A stretch of DNA of 64,000 bases, from the NCBI RefSeq assembly GCF_009914755.1, contig NC_060940.1; one strand, written 5' to 3'. This document shows positions 31,043 through 47,857 of the stretch, piece by piece; within the stretch, counting starts at the first letter, position 1, and the number at the start of each line of letters is the position of its first letter. The position numbers were made by a program, and so were the translations under genes. This DNA is from the human T2T-CHM13v2.0 reference genome, Homo sapiens. The notes beneath the pieces are model-generated. The model was given only the letters and a program-made list of their open reading frames with translations. It was not told the origin of the DNA and searched no databases.

Positions 31043-31808
31043 GTACAGTGATGGCCTCCAGCCCTGTGTGTGATTCCAGCCCCCTCCCTTCCCCTGCTCA
31101 GAGCCTGCTCCCAAACCTGTGCCCAGGCCCCACATGCTCCCTGAAGGACACCTGACCTGCTGTGTCCAGGGGTCATGGCCTGGCTTCCCTACCTCCTACC
31201 TCCCCTGCCCAGCCCACCCCAGACAGGGCTCACAAGGCAGCCCCGTCAACCACCTTCCCAAGCCCAGGAGACCCCACTCCCCTTAGCTCCCTGACCCCCA
31301 GCAGCTGAGGGGTTGTGGAGACTCTGAAAAGAGGTGAAGGGGAGCACTGGGCTCCTTCTGTCATGATCCTGGTGCCTGGGCCTGGGGGCTCCCATCAGCA
31401 CTCTTCCCCCCTTCTCTCTTGGTCTTTGTCTGTCCTAATCTCCCTCTGTCCCTCTGCCTGTTTCTCTCATTTCTTCCCTCTCTCATCGTGTATTTCTGTT
31501 TTATCAGTTTATTTAACTGTTATTTCAGTCTTATCTGTCTTCCTCTGATCTGCTCTCTCTCTCTGAGGTCTCTGTGCCTTGGTTTCCTTCCGTCTGTGTC
31601 TCTGCCCACCCTCTGCCTATATGTGACATCCTGTGGGTGTCGTGTGTGTTGGTCCCTCTTTGTCCGTCTGTCTAGGTGCCAGATACATCCCAGTCCCTCC
31701 TCTCCTGCAAGCCTCATTCTCTGCCTCTGTGTCTGGGGGGTGGGAAAGCGGCTCCTTCCCGCCTCTGTTCAGTGGGGCATGCAGCACTGTGTTTTTGTCC
31801 CTGGGCAG

Positions 31809-31898
31809 GCTGACACACTGTGGCCTCCAAGAAAAGCACCTAGAGCAGCTCTGCAAGGCTCTGGGAGGAAGCTGCCACCTCGGTCACCTCCACCTCGA
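31809..31898 (+). CDS. NLRC5: NLRC5 LRR exon
   Basis: LTHCGLQEKHLEQLCKALGGSCHLGHLHL; 90 nt. Confidence 0.95.
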
Positions 31899-32305
31899 GT
31901 GAGTGGTTTGTGTGTTGGAAGGTGGGTGGGTGGGGCCAATTACAGTGAGTTAGTGTTGGTGTTTGGGTTTGGTTTTTAAGATTTAGATCAACTGTTCTTT
32001 CCCTGCTGAAGTCAGAAACCCCTTGGAGAATCTGGTGAAAGTTGTGACTCTTCCTCCCAAGATACAGATCCCCCATGTCTGACACGCTCGGAGGCTCACC
32101 CCTGGTCCCTCAGAGGTCCACGAACCTCAGAATAAGAACCTGGGGGAGACCCCAGCTGCCCGTGCCAGATCTGCTGAGATCTGGCCTGGCAGCCCAGGGC
32201 TGTGTCCAGTTTCAGGAAGTTGAGTAACTGGAATGCAGGGACCATGCTGCCAGCAACCCACTCCCCACCTGCTAATGTTCTCCCCTCCCTTCTCCCCACC
32301 CCCAG

Positions 32306-32389
32306 CTTCTCAGGCAATGCTCTGGGGGATGAAGGTGCAGCCCGGCTGGCTCAGCTGCTCCCAGGGCTGGGAGCTCTGCAGTCCTTGAA
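32306..32389 (+). CDS. NLRC5: NLRC5 LRR exon
   Basis: FSGNALGDEGAARLAQLLPGLGALQSL; 84 nt. Confidence 0.95.
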
Positions 32390-33838
32390 GTGAGTAGCCC
32401 GCTAGGCAGAGCCTCTGAGGCTGGGGCAGCGGGGGAGCATTCTCTGTCCCATCCCCCTCTTTCCTGGGGTTATTGTAAAGATTAAATCGGAAAATGCATG
32501 AAAATTGCCCCTAATACAATGTAAGTGCTCGGTGAAGGCTAGCTAATAGATGATTCTTACTCAGAGAGTCTGTGACTCAATAATCCCACTTCTGATTCAA
32601 GGTTTCACTTCTGGAACCTGTCTCCGCATCTCTGAACAGGCTTCTGAGGCCACCCTGGGGAGGGCAGGTGTGGGTGCGAAGTATGACTAACGGCTGGCAG
32701 TTGTTATTCTGGCCCTGGGGTGCCGGGAGGGGCTGGGGCTGTTAGCTGGGGTATGGTCAGGGTAGACAGGGAGGGTTTGTACCAGAGAGGACACTCAAGC
32801 AGGGTGCCCAGGGCTGCCAAGGATCCCTGAGTACCTGGCAGAGAGTGTGTAGGAGGAATCCCCAAAGTTTGCCTGCAATGGACCAGAGTTCTTGATCCCT
32901 AAATGCCCTTGGTGCTTTTGGCTCACAAAGCACCCCCTCCTCCCAGGCACTTCTGGGCCAAAGCCAGAGGAGCCCAGGGGAGAGGTCACAGGTCCTATAT
33001 TCCAGGCTGTCTCTGTGAACACGCTTTGCTGTGTGATTCTGGGCAAGTTACATCCCCTCTCCGAGTCCCTGGTTCCCAGTCGGTAAATACATAAATTGCA
33101 GGCGTGGCCTCTGTTGGTGGCTACGATCTCTGAAATGAGTGCTGGGGCCTAAGGACCCCCTGCTCACACCCTGTTTTTGTGCAATGCTGGGAAGGAAGGG
33201 AGTTGCCTTGGTTCCTGTTCAGGGCCTGCACCTGGGAAGGAAGGAAGGTCTAACCATTGCAGGCAAATTACATGAAGACTGGAGGTTTTAGTATGTCCTC
33301 ATGTGACCTTCTTATTAGTGTGGACTCGTGACCTGGTGCTGTGAGGGTCCACACTCGCCCTACCAGTGTCCCCGTGGGAGGGGAGTGCAGCATTAAATAG
33401 TAAATAGAAAACAATAACAAGTTGACAGGAGACCCTGAAAGAAAGGAGACACTTTGTTCCTGCTTTCTGCACAAGAGACCCTGCATTTTCATTTTGTCCT
33501 GGGTACCACCCCTCCCTTATCAGGTGGAGAAAAGGAGGCCCAGCTCCAGCCAGAAAGCACTCCTCAGATCCATCACAGACCGAGGGACCCACTGGGTGCC
33601 CATCTCAGCTCTGTCACCAACATGTCTCATAACCTTGGGCTAGACCTTGATTCTCTCTAGGACTCTGTTTCCCCATCTCCACCATGAGGACTTGCAAGGG
33701 GTGCTCTCTGACCATCTTGGGTTCAGTGGGTTCCGTCATCTGGAACCAGGGATCCCTCCCCCGCCCTGTGCCCTGACCACAAAGAGGATGTGTTTGGGTC
33801 CTGAGTGACCTCCATTGTGCCACCCCTGTGATCTCCAG

Positions 33839-33928
33839 CCTCAGTGAGAACGGTTTGTCCCTGGATGCCGTGTTGGGTTTGGTTCGGTGCTTCTCCACTC
33901 TGCAGTGGCTCTTCCGCTTGGACATCAG
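33839..33928 (+). CDS. NLRC5: NLRC5 LRR exon
   Basis: LSENGLSLDAVLGLVRCFSTLQWLFRLDI; 90 nt. Confidence 0.95.
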
Positions 33929-34207
33929 GTGAGCATGCCTCTCCGCCCCCAGCCCTGCCCCTGTCCCCCATCCCACAGGTCATCTGCTCCCATGTGGGCC
34001 CCTTGTCCACCAGTTTCATGCCAACCTGTCATCCTCAGCACCTTGGGCAGTACCAGATCTGCAGAGCATGTGATGGGCGTCCACTGAATGAATGAATGAT
34101 CAAATGAATGAATAAGTATGGCCTCACGGATGCTCAAATTTCTCCAAATTCACCATTAGAGAGTTCATTGACTCTGCCTCACTCGTTCTTTGGATAGTCC
34201 TTAGAGA

Positions 34208-35545
<1,338 letters not shown>

Positions 35546-35771
35546 GAAGAATTTCTTACCTCATTGTTTATTGTGAGAATCAAATGAGAAATGTCGATGG
35601 TGTGCTTTGCATGTGACTTGATACATGTAATTGTTGCTTAATCTATTCCTTGTTTGCTAAGAAAGCAGGCCACCCCAGGCCCTCCTTGCCCTGACCAGTC
35701 TGGGTTCTTGCCACTGCCAGGGAAGTTGGTCTTTGACCATTTTCAAACTGCTGCTTCCTCTCTGCTTCCAG

Positions 35772-35816
35772 CTTTGAAAGCCAACACATCCTCCTGAGAG
35801 GGGACAAGACAAGCAG
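35772..35816 (+). CDS. NLRC5: NLRC5 exon
   Basis: FESQHILLRGDKTS; 45 nt. Confidence 0.92.
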
Positions 35817-36288
35817 GTGAGGAGGGAACGCTCGGGGTGGGGGAGTCCCCTCCCGCTCTGGTCCCCGTCTGTTGGAGGTCCCCCCACCCCCAGACCCATG
35901 CTGACCACTCAGCTCTCAGTTAAACCACCCAAGTCCGGCACACTAGGTTTAATCACCACTTCAGTAACCACCGCCCCCCCCATAAATTGTCAGTAATCAA
36001 CTGCCCTGTTTTCCCCTTGGAAGGAGGCAATGCAGATGGGAGGAAGGGAGGGATATGGTTGGGAGAGGTCCCAGAGCAGGGCAGGTGCCCGCAGATTGCT
36101 GCTGTGTGGGAGGAGACAGGAGAACATTTGTGCTTCTGCGTTTCGGGGAATTTTGTAGACCCACCGCTCCATACATGTCACTGCCCTTTCACGCTCTGAA
36201 GGCAGGGGCCGTGGGTGCTCTGAAAAAACATTTTCCCCGTCTTCGCAGTAAACAACCAATACTAGTTTAGCTCTTCATGATGTTCCCG

Positions 36289-36303
36289 GCTGCCCTCTAG
36301 TGG
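36289..36303 (-). promoter_or_regulatory. Candidate CTCF motif CCACTAGAGGGCAGC
   Basis: Close match to CTCF core consensus; occupancy unknown. Confidence 0.6.
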
Positions 36304-36875
36304 GACCAGGCCTCTTGGCCTCACTTGGGAGCAGTGGCAGCGGACAGGGTGGGCCCATGTGCAGCTGGCTGGGTGGAGAGAGTCACAGCTAGTGTGTCAA
36401 GAAAAGGCACTGCCGTACAGATGGGCTGTCAGGAGTCAGGGGTGGCTCAAGCCTGGGTGGTCTTGCTTCCCAGGATAGGATCTCTGTTTCTGGGGAACCC
36501 CCGGGTTCTTGAGGCCCAAAGAACTGACGTACAGGGAGGCAGAAGTCATGTGATGCCAAGCAGTGGTCAGAGAGGCTCTGTCTTGGGTCCTCCTGCCTGC
36601 TCACCTGGACAGGAACAAGCTGCTGGCTTTTCTAACTCAGGCTTCCCTTCCCTGAGCCTCAGTTTCCCCATCTGAACAATGAGGGACTGAGCTAGGATCT
36701 AGTGACTGCATTGTCTCTGAGATGCCTTCCAGCCCTGACTTTCCAAGTCTGGGAGTCCAATGTGGGTGATCTGAACTTTCCTTTCTAAACGATCCCCCTC
36801 CTAGGGGTATATGGGCTGGGCTGGGAGTCCGAGGGGGTGATCTGAACTTTCCTTTCTAAATGATCCCCCTCCTAG

Positions 36876-36965
36876 GGATATGTGGGCCACTGGATCTTTG
36901 CCAGACTTCCCAGCTGCAGCCAAGTTCTTAGGGTTCCGTCAGCGCTGCATCCCCAGGAGCCTCTG
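36876..36965 (+). CDS. NLRC5: NLRC5 exon (duplicated acceptor upstream)
   Basis: DMWATGSLPDFPAAAKFLGFRQRCIPRSL; 90 nt. Confidence 0.92.
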
Positions 36966-37868
36966 GTACTGTCCCAGCCCTTCTTGTTTGGGGGTAACCA
37001 TAATAGGGATGAGGCGTCAGAGGGGGCAGAGCTGGCAGGGGGCTAGGGCTGGGGATTGGGATAGAGGGAAGAGAGGGAGTTTAAGAGAAAAGGAAAAGAA
37101 AGAGGCGTGGGTGTGAGGGGTGCTGGGAGTTGGGGAGCTCTGGCCCCTGACGGGCAGCTCAGCTGGCCCATGCCCCGCATTCTCCTTGGAGAGAAGATTC
37201 CACATTTCTGTGAAGCAAACAGAGCAGCTCAGCCACTCCCTGCCTGGGGTCTCCATCTGCTCTGGGGGACACCCACTTTCCAGAAAGAAAGGGGTTGGCC
37301 TGTCTCCCCACTAATACACTCCCCATCTGCAAGCTCTGCCATGAGAGGCTGTGAGACCCTGACTTGGCCCCACCTCTCTCTAGGCCTCCAGGGAAGTGGA
37401 GGCAAGTGAGGCCCTGGGAAGGACATTTCAATTTCACTGTTAGCCCCAGGGCAATGGGGAGCCACGGGGGTAACAGGGAGAGGCCTGGTCAGATGTGCAG
37501 TGTTAAAATGTGAGACACTTGTGGGGCAGAGAGGGATTAAAGGGAGGCAAGAGTGGAAGCCCAGAGGGTGTTAAATGGTCAAGGTGAGTGAGGATGGTGG
37601 CCTGGGCTCTGGAGGGGGCGGTGGGGAGGACTTGGAGAGTCACTGACAAGGGCAGCTGGGAACTCAGGGTCCTGCACTGTCACTGTCAGGGCAGGAGGAT
37701 TGGGGGCTGCAGGGGAGACTCGAGAGGGAAGCGAGTGCCCCACAGGGGAAGGGGCCTGTGGCCTCCCACTTAGAGTGAGGGATGCTGGGAGAAGGATAGA
37801 GCCCCTGGGGCTAGCCAGGGACCCTGGGCTTTCTCTGATTCCCTGCCCTGCCCATTGCCCCTTTGCAG

Positions 37869-37952
37869 CCTCAGTGAGTGTCCTCTGGAGCCCCCAAGCC
37901 TCACCCGCCTCTGTGCCACTCTGAAGGACTGCCCGGGACCCCTGGAACTGCA
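37869..37952 (+). CDS. NLRC5: NLRC5 LRR exon
   Basis: LSECPLEPPSLTRLCATLKDCPGPLEL; 84 nt. Confidence 0.95.
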
Positions 37953-38659
37953 GTAAGTAACGAGGACACAGCCCCAGAGGGCACCATGTGGGGATCTGCC
38001 CAGTGACCTGGGAGGGGGCTTCTTGGTTAGAAGACAGGTGAGTCTTTCTCGATTTCTTCCCACCAGCCCTGCCCCATGAGAGTCCCCTGGCCTTTGGTAG
38101 AAACTTGGCTGTCTCTCGGCAGCCCCCAGCCTTAGGCAGCGCATGTCTCCCACTGGGAGATGCTGTGCTGGACTGGGGAAGCCTTCACCTGCACCATCCA
38201 CTCAACTCAGGGCACCTGGGAGCCCTGTCCACCTCCAACCCCACCCCTGGAGCCTCACCAGGGCACCCACTTGAACCTGCCTGCATGGCTGGAGCGTAGC
38301 ACTTCTGAAAGCCCTTCCTCAAGGCACCCCCACTCTCCTTGGGGTTACCACCTCACTCGCCCCAGAACATCTGGGTCTGTAACCAGAGACTGGACCTGGA
38401 ATCAGGACTCTTGGCTCAAAAGGGATTTAACTCCCCGGGCCTCAGCTTCTTCATCTGCACAGTGGATGGTCAGCCTTTCCTTTTATTGTCATTGTGGTGA
38501 TTCTATTATAGTAATTACCTTAAAATAAAGAAATCCAAGACAAAACCTGCCTCACCTAAACAACCTCTTCTCTCATCAAATCCATGTTGTCATGTGTCCA
38601 CAGGACTGTCTACTCCTTGCCTATTTGCATATTCAGTTTCTACCTGTTTGCAGTCATAA

Positions 38660-39094
<435 letters not shown>

Positions 39095-39325
39095 TGATCC
39101 ACCTTCCTCAGCCTCCCAAAGTGTTGGGATTACAGGCTTGAGCCACTGCACCTGGCCCAGACCTACCCTATTAATGGTAATTCCTTAAAGTCAACCAATG
39201 GTCAGTGGTCCCTGATTGTCTCTTACCTGTTTTCACAGAGTATATACTGATGCCTTTTAATACTAAATTGCCACAGTACGGGACGAGCTGCAAGTTACTC
39301 CACCACACCCTTCTAGAGTCTAGAT

Positions 39326-39558
39326 CAAGGGTGTCCAATCTTTTGGCTTCCCTGGGCCACATTGGAAGAAGAAAAAGAATTGTCTTGGGCCACACATAAA
39401 ATACACTAACACTAGCGATAGCTGATGTGCTAAAAAAAAAAAACAAAACTCCAAAGAAAAATCTCATAGTGTTTTAAGAAAGTTTACGAATTTTTGTTAG
39501 GCCGTATTCAAAGCCATCCTAGGCTGCATGCAGCAGGCCATGTGGCTTGGACAACTTG
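39326..39558. mobile_element. MER30-like hAT element
   Basis: CAAGGGTGTCCAATCTTTTGGCTTCCCTGGGCCAC...TTGGACAACTTG; 8-bp TSD GTCTAGAT. Confidence 0.85.
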
Positions 39559-40060
39559 GTCTAGATTGAAATCCAAACTGCTTCTAGGTGTTGTGTTTTG
39601 TTTTGTGTAGCACTGCAGTCAGTGCTACAAAAAGCACTCTTACGTGATTTGACTGTTAAGTACCTATTGTATACCATGCACTGGGCCAGATCCTGGGAAC
39701 ACAAGGAGACTGGGATGCGGGCTCTGCTGGCCAAGGCAAATCATCTGCAGAGGAAGCTTAATATGAAAAGCCCACTGGCGGCCCGGCACGGTGACTCACG
39801 CCTATAATCCCAGCACTTTGGGAGGCCGAGGTGGCTGGATCATGAGGTCAGGAGTTCGAGACTAGCCTGGCCAACATAGTGAAACCCCATCTCTACTAAA
39901 AATACAAAAATTAGCCAGGCATGGTGGTGCACCCCTGTAATCCCAGCTACTCTGGAGGCAGGCAGGAGACTTGCTTGAACCCGGGAGGCAGAGATTGTGG
40001 TGAGCCAAGACTGCGCCACTGTCCTCCAGCCTGGGCAACAGAGCAAGACTCTGTCTCAAA

Positions 40061-40095
<35 letters not shown>

Positions 40096-41305
40096 AGCCC
40101 ACTGGCAGCACTGGGCGGTCTGAGCACAGGTGGGAGTTTCAGGTCCCCCTCCATTACCTGTGGTTGGGGAAAGTGCAATAGTGAATATGAAAGCACTTTG
40201 TCAACTGTAGAGTACTGTGATCACTTGCAGGATTATTGCTATAAATAGTCATCAAGGTACTCAATGCTGAAGTCCAGTGATTCCCCGGGGTTCCACCGGG
40301 GAAGCCAGGGAAGATAGATTGTGGGGCTCCATCCCCCCTCCCTGAATTCAAGCACTGCAGGTCTACTTTGCCTGTGTACACATGGGCATACCATGTGGGA
40401 TGTGGTAAAGAGTAAAGATTCCATTGCTTTAAAAAAAAAAAAAAAAGGAGGGTGTAATCACCTCCTTTGCCAACCAGAGCCCATGGTGTATTTGGGGGTC
40501 TGGTGGGACACCATACGGGATGTGTTTCTGGAAAGACCACCCTCAATAAAGGCCCCAGTCCTGACTGTGCCTCAGGGGCCCATGCCCAGTCCCTGGGGCA
40601 GAAAGGGTAGAGTTGGGCCTCCAGCCTGGGCCCTGGCAGAGGCTCCAACATGAGGCTGCTCCTCCCGCCCTACCCTGCCCCCCAGCTCACTGAGCCAGTT
40701 GATGTAGGGCCCCTGTACTCCATGCCTCCCCTCCAAACAGCCAGAGGAGAAAGCAGCAGAGATGGGCCAGGCCCTTGGAGGCCCCGGAGAGGGGAGAGGG
40801 CAGCCTGCAGAGGATGAAGGAACAGAAAGAGAGGAAGGGGGAGGTGGAGAAGGCAGAAGGAGAACATAGTAGAGGTCTGCGGGGGTTGGGAAGTGGCTCC
40901 AGGCCCCCCAGGAAGGGGCTGTAGGTAAACCCCAGGGAACTCAGTGTCTTGAGTTGTCCTGGTCCTCCATCTAGAGCAGAGACAGCAAGGCAGGTATCTG
41001 GAGTTTCTCCTAAATGCACTGGGTTCTGACGAATTATCTGAACAATGATGAGCTGGTTGGTCTGGTGTTAATGGGCAACTAGAGACCCAAGCCAGTCCCT
41101 GTCTCCTTCGCTGACCTGTTGTATGCTGAATTTCCACTGTCATATCCACTCCTCTGGGTTAAGGCAGCATTGTTTTCTTTTCTTTTTTATTTTTTTGAGA
41201 TAGAGACTCGCTCTGTCACCCAGGCTGGAGTGCAGTGGTACGATCTTGGCTCACTGCAACCTCTGCCTCCCAGGTTCAAGTGATTCCCATGCCTCAGCCT
41301 CCTGA

Positions 41306-41536
<231 letters not shown>

Positions 41537-41863
41537 TAAAAATTAATTCTGCTAGTCCATTTAGTTTGGGGAAAAGTCTGCTGTAGCTCCTTGGAAATTC
41601 ATAATGCACAGCAGCCTATCGCAGCCTCAGAGAAGCCCTGCAGCAAACAAAACCATTTAATTTGGCTTAACCCCGTATTTCCCAAACTTAAAAGACCTTC
41701 CTCTTCTTCCAGCCTCACGGATAACCCATGGACCCAGTGCTGGGAGGGAATGTTTCAGGTGACCCTGGTTAGGTCCCATCTCCAGAAGGCTCTGGCTATG
41801 AGGCCGTGCTCCCTGCTTTCCTGGAAGGTTTCCCCCACCTCATCCACCTGCTTTGTTTCACAG

Positions 41864-41947
41864 ATTGTCCTGTGAGTTCCTGAGTGACCAGAGCCTGGAG
41901 ACTCTACTGGACTGCTTACCTCAACTCCCTCAGCTGAGCCTGCTGCA
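41864..41947 (+). CDS. NLRC5: NLRC5 LRR exon
   Basis: LSCEFLSDQSLETLLDCLPQLPQLSLL; 84 nt. Confidence 0.95.
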
Positions 41948-42506
41948 GTAAGACGAGAGTTTTTCCTATTTCCCGGTTCCTTGTGCTCGTGTTTCTAAGG
42001 CTCCTCCATGGCAAAGCTGTACCTGCCCTCTAACCCCTCAACCCCCCGCCTTTACCCCCTCCAACCCCCTCTACCCGCTCCATTCTTTCCTTAGGTTGTT
42101 TTATCATTTTACCTGGCACAACTGGGGACTCCAATCTGCTTCCAGCTCCACCCTAATACTTTGTCAACCTCAGGGGGCGTCGTTTGCCTCCTCTGCGTCT
42201 CAGTTTCCTCATCTGACAAATGGGATTAATATTCCCCGCCCATTCCCCCAGAGTTGGGACTCAAATAAGTTATTCTAAAATCACCTTAAGAAATGGAAGA
42301 TCTGTGACAAATGAGCTGTCCAACTTCTCCCCACCCACGGAGGGTCACCCACTCGTAGAAAGGGGCTGTACAGATGTAGGTCCTGTACTTATCACATGCT
42401 GCTTTTTAAAGGTCACCGTCAAACTCGCAAAAAGGGAATTTAAGCAGAATTCCCCCAAAGTATTAAAACTATTTTCTAATTTCAGCTCAGACTGGTTAGA
42501 ATTTTA

Positions 42507-42897
<391 letters not shown>

Positions 42898-43720
42898 CTA
42901 AGATGAAAAAATACAGCAGGAAAGTAAATCATAATGTTAATAACATCGGTGCAAAGGCTGGGGCTCTCTGGGATGTCTAAGATGGCTCGCATCACCTCCA
43001 GGATCTCGCTTATGCTTGGGTTTTATCTGGGAGGGAGGGAGGAGACGTGACAACATTCCAGGGGCAAGTACAGCCCAGCTCACAGCACCCCATGGCACCC
43101 TGTAATAGTCCCACCCTGCCCGGAGATAATGAGTCAGAAAGGACTCCTTTGGACATAAAAGGTGGCAGGTTAAAATTGAACAGGTTGGAAACCTCAGACC
43201 GGAGAGGAACTTCTCTTTGCCTAAATCACACAGCTTCACCCCTGACTCCTCGTCCGCCTTTGGAGTGGCGTGGCCAGCCTGACCCCTTGCCAGGGTTTAA
43301 ACTTTGTAGTACTCAACGTGTAGTGCTTGTGGCCCTACTGTGGGCCAGGCATTGTGTGACGACACAGCAGAAAAAGTTGACCATGTCCTTATCTTCTTGG
43401 AGCTCCTCTTACAATAGTGGGAGCTGAAAAATAAGTAAAGTAAAATCAAATAAGATGAACTTAGCCAGTGATAAGAGAATTTTCTCGGGATGTGGTGAAG
43501 AGTGGCTGGAGAGGTGATTTAGATGTGGCAGAAGCCATCAGGGAACATCTCTGAGGAGGGATGCTGAGCTGGGACCTAAAGGAAGAGAGAGAGCTCGCCT
43601 TGTGAAGAGCAGGGAACTGCATTCCAGGCAGAGGGAACGGCATGTGTGAGGCCCTGAGGCATGATTAAGCTTGGTGGGCTCCAGGAACAGCGCGGAACCG
43701 AGACAGCCAGAGCACAGTGA

Positions 43721-44290
<570 letters not shown>

Positions 44291-44428
44291 TAGAAGTTGG
44301 TAGACTCAGGGTGGATCTTGAGAGTGGAATTTACAGACAAGCTGATAGGGGGATTACTGGATGAGGCAAATGGAGGTGCTGAGGCTGCCTCTGAGGGCAG
44401 AGTGGACCCATCTCACTTTCTCTAAGGC

Positions 44429-44646
44429 AGTGGTTTCCAACTGGGGGTGATTTTCACCCTTGGGAGTCATTTGGAAATATCTGGAGATATTTTTGGTGGT
44501 CATGACTGCGGGTGAGGGGTGCTGCTACTGGCATCGAATGAATAGAGATCTGGGATGCTGCTGAACATCCTATAGGGCACAGGAGAGCCCACAACAAAGA
44601 ATTATTGGACCTCACATCTCAATAGTGCTAAGGTTTAAAAACTGTG
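44429..44646. mobile_element. MER20-like hAT element
   Basis: CAGTGGTTTCCAACTGGGGGTGATTTT...ACAACAAAGAATTAT...AATAGTGCTAAGGTT. Confidence 0.8.
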
Positions 44647-45076
44647 TCTGAAGGGCCTGAAGCTTCCCACTCTCTGTGAGCAAGGACTCGCCTGTGAAAT
44701 CTGTGCTTGCAGGTAAAAACAATAGTAATAATAACAGCAAGCACAGGTCCCATGCCCGGCAGTGCACCTGCATGATGTAATTAAATCCTCATATACCTCG
44801 AGAGTCATACATGACGAGTCTTGATTTCCAGATAAGGAAACTGAAGCTCAGAGAGGTGAAGTCACTTCTCCAAGGTCACACAGCCAATAAGCAGAACTGG
44901 GACTCAAATCCAAATCTGCCTGTCCCTCAGCCCTATTTGTGCCTCTTGATCCCCTGCCTGCTTCCCTATTGCCTTGCTGAGCTGCTAGCCCTCCCCACCC
45001 TCCCTTTCCTTACCCTCCAGGCTAGCCAGGTTCCTTGTCCACTCATCTTGCCGGATCTACCCCCTTTCCTTTTCAG

Positions 45077-45166
45077 GCTGAGCCAGACGGGACTGTCCCC
45101 GAAAAGCCCCTTCCTGCTGGCCAACACCTTAAGCCTGTGTCCACGGGTTAAAAAGGTGGATCTCAG
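45077..45166 (+). CDS. NLRC5: NLRC5 LRR exon
   Basis: LSQTGLSPKSPFLLANTLSLCPRVKKVDL; 90 nt. Confidence 0.95.
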
Positions 45167-45357
45167 GTGGGCATTCCCCTGGGACAGCCAGGACTCGTCC
45201 TGAAGGGTTGTGCCTGGAGTCTGGTGGGTATGAGGGGGTAGGATGAAGACAGTAGGACCCAACTAGAGGCTGGGCTTCCGGAGGAGGGGTGCTGGCCCCT
45301 TGGGGGCATCCTGAGGCTGTGGCCACAGCTGTCTGACCCAGGTCCTGTCTGATCCAG

Positions 45358-45420
45358 GTCCCTGCACCATGCAACTTTGCACTTCAGATCCAACGAGGAG
45401 GAGGAAGGCGTGTGCTGTGG
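45358..45420 (+). CDS. NLRC5: NLRC5 exon
   Basis: SLHHATLHFRSNEEEEGVCC; 63 nt. Confidence 0.92.
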
Positions 45421-45758
45421 GTAAGCCCCCTTGAACCATGCCTAGGCAGCTAGTTGATGTTGGGGACCAGTAGATCTGCCTCCTGGGTGGCCAGAGCAGT
45501 ATGCAGACTGCCTACCACAAAACATTCCCCTGGAACAACCCTGCAGAGGGACTTGTTTCACCCAGCATGAAGAAACACAGGTCCGGGTGGGATCTACTGT
45601 GGGGGTGGGAGCAGTGGATTCTGGACACTTCCAGAGGGTCCAAGCTTGAGTGGAGACCCACCTGGAGCCCAGAGGCTGTGCCCTGGGCTAGCCAGGCCGG
45701 AGGGGGTCTCAGTGGCCAAACGCCCCATCCCCTGCTTGTCCCCTTTACCTCCGTCCAG

Positions 45759-45845
45759 CAGGTTCACAGGCTGCAGCCTCAGCCAGGAGCACGTAGAGTC
45801 ACTCTGCTGGTTGCTGAGCAAGTGTAAAGACCTCAGCCAGGTGGA
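45759..45845 (+). CDS. NLRC5: NLRC5 LRR exon (NAGNAG acceptor)
   Basis: RFTGCSLSQEHVESLCWLLSKCKDLSQV; 87 nt (84 from distal AG). Confidence 0.93.
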
Positions 45846-46602
45846 GTAAGTTGAGGGAGGAGGAGGAAGGAGAGGAGCATGGACGCATGCCTGAGGGGCA
45901 CTGAAGGGGGTATGAGGGTCCGTGTGTGCACATACACTCATGTGTGCCTGCCTACACCTCTCAGGACCAGCTGTCAGGGATGCCTGGGTCACATACCCAA
46001 AGCTTCCCTGAATCAATTTTCTCTCTCCCGCCCCCACTCTCGCCATGGTGGAGCTAGTTCCATGGTGTGCCCTCTGACTTGGGCAGCCCTCAGCCTCAAG
46101 TATGTGCAAGCTCTGCTGGCAGATGGGGGCTAAAACGCAGGATTCATTGTTGGCCCAGCAGGTGGTTAAAAGTACCGGATGACTCTGCCTGAGGAGGGAC
46201 GCAGAGCCAGCCAGGGTGGGGTCTTGCAGTCTCTTGTATTGTTGAGATGTGGTATCTGCGTGGCCTGTCTTGGATATTCAAATAGTCAGCCCCTGCATGG
46301 GTGGAATAATAATAGCTAACAGCTACTGAGCACTTTCTCCACTGTTCTAAGTGCTTGACATGTTCTTTTTATCTTTCCCATATCCCTGGATACTAGTATT
46401 GTTCTCATTTTACAGATGAGGGAACTGAGACACAGAGGGTGTAAGAACTTGCCCAAGGTCACACAGCTAGTAAAATGCAGAGTCCCTGCTCAGACGCATT
46501 GGGAATCCAGCCTAGGACCAGTGGGAAATAGAGAGAGCAGTCCGCCAAAAATGCCACACAATTTTCATTTCTGTTGTGATGTGGCAGAGAAGAAAAATGT
46601 GA

Positions 46603-47857
<1,255 letters not shown>

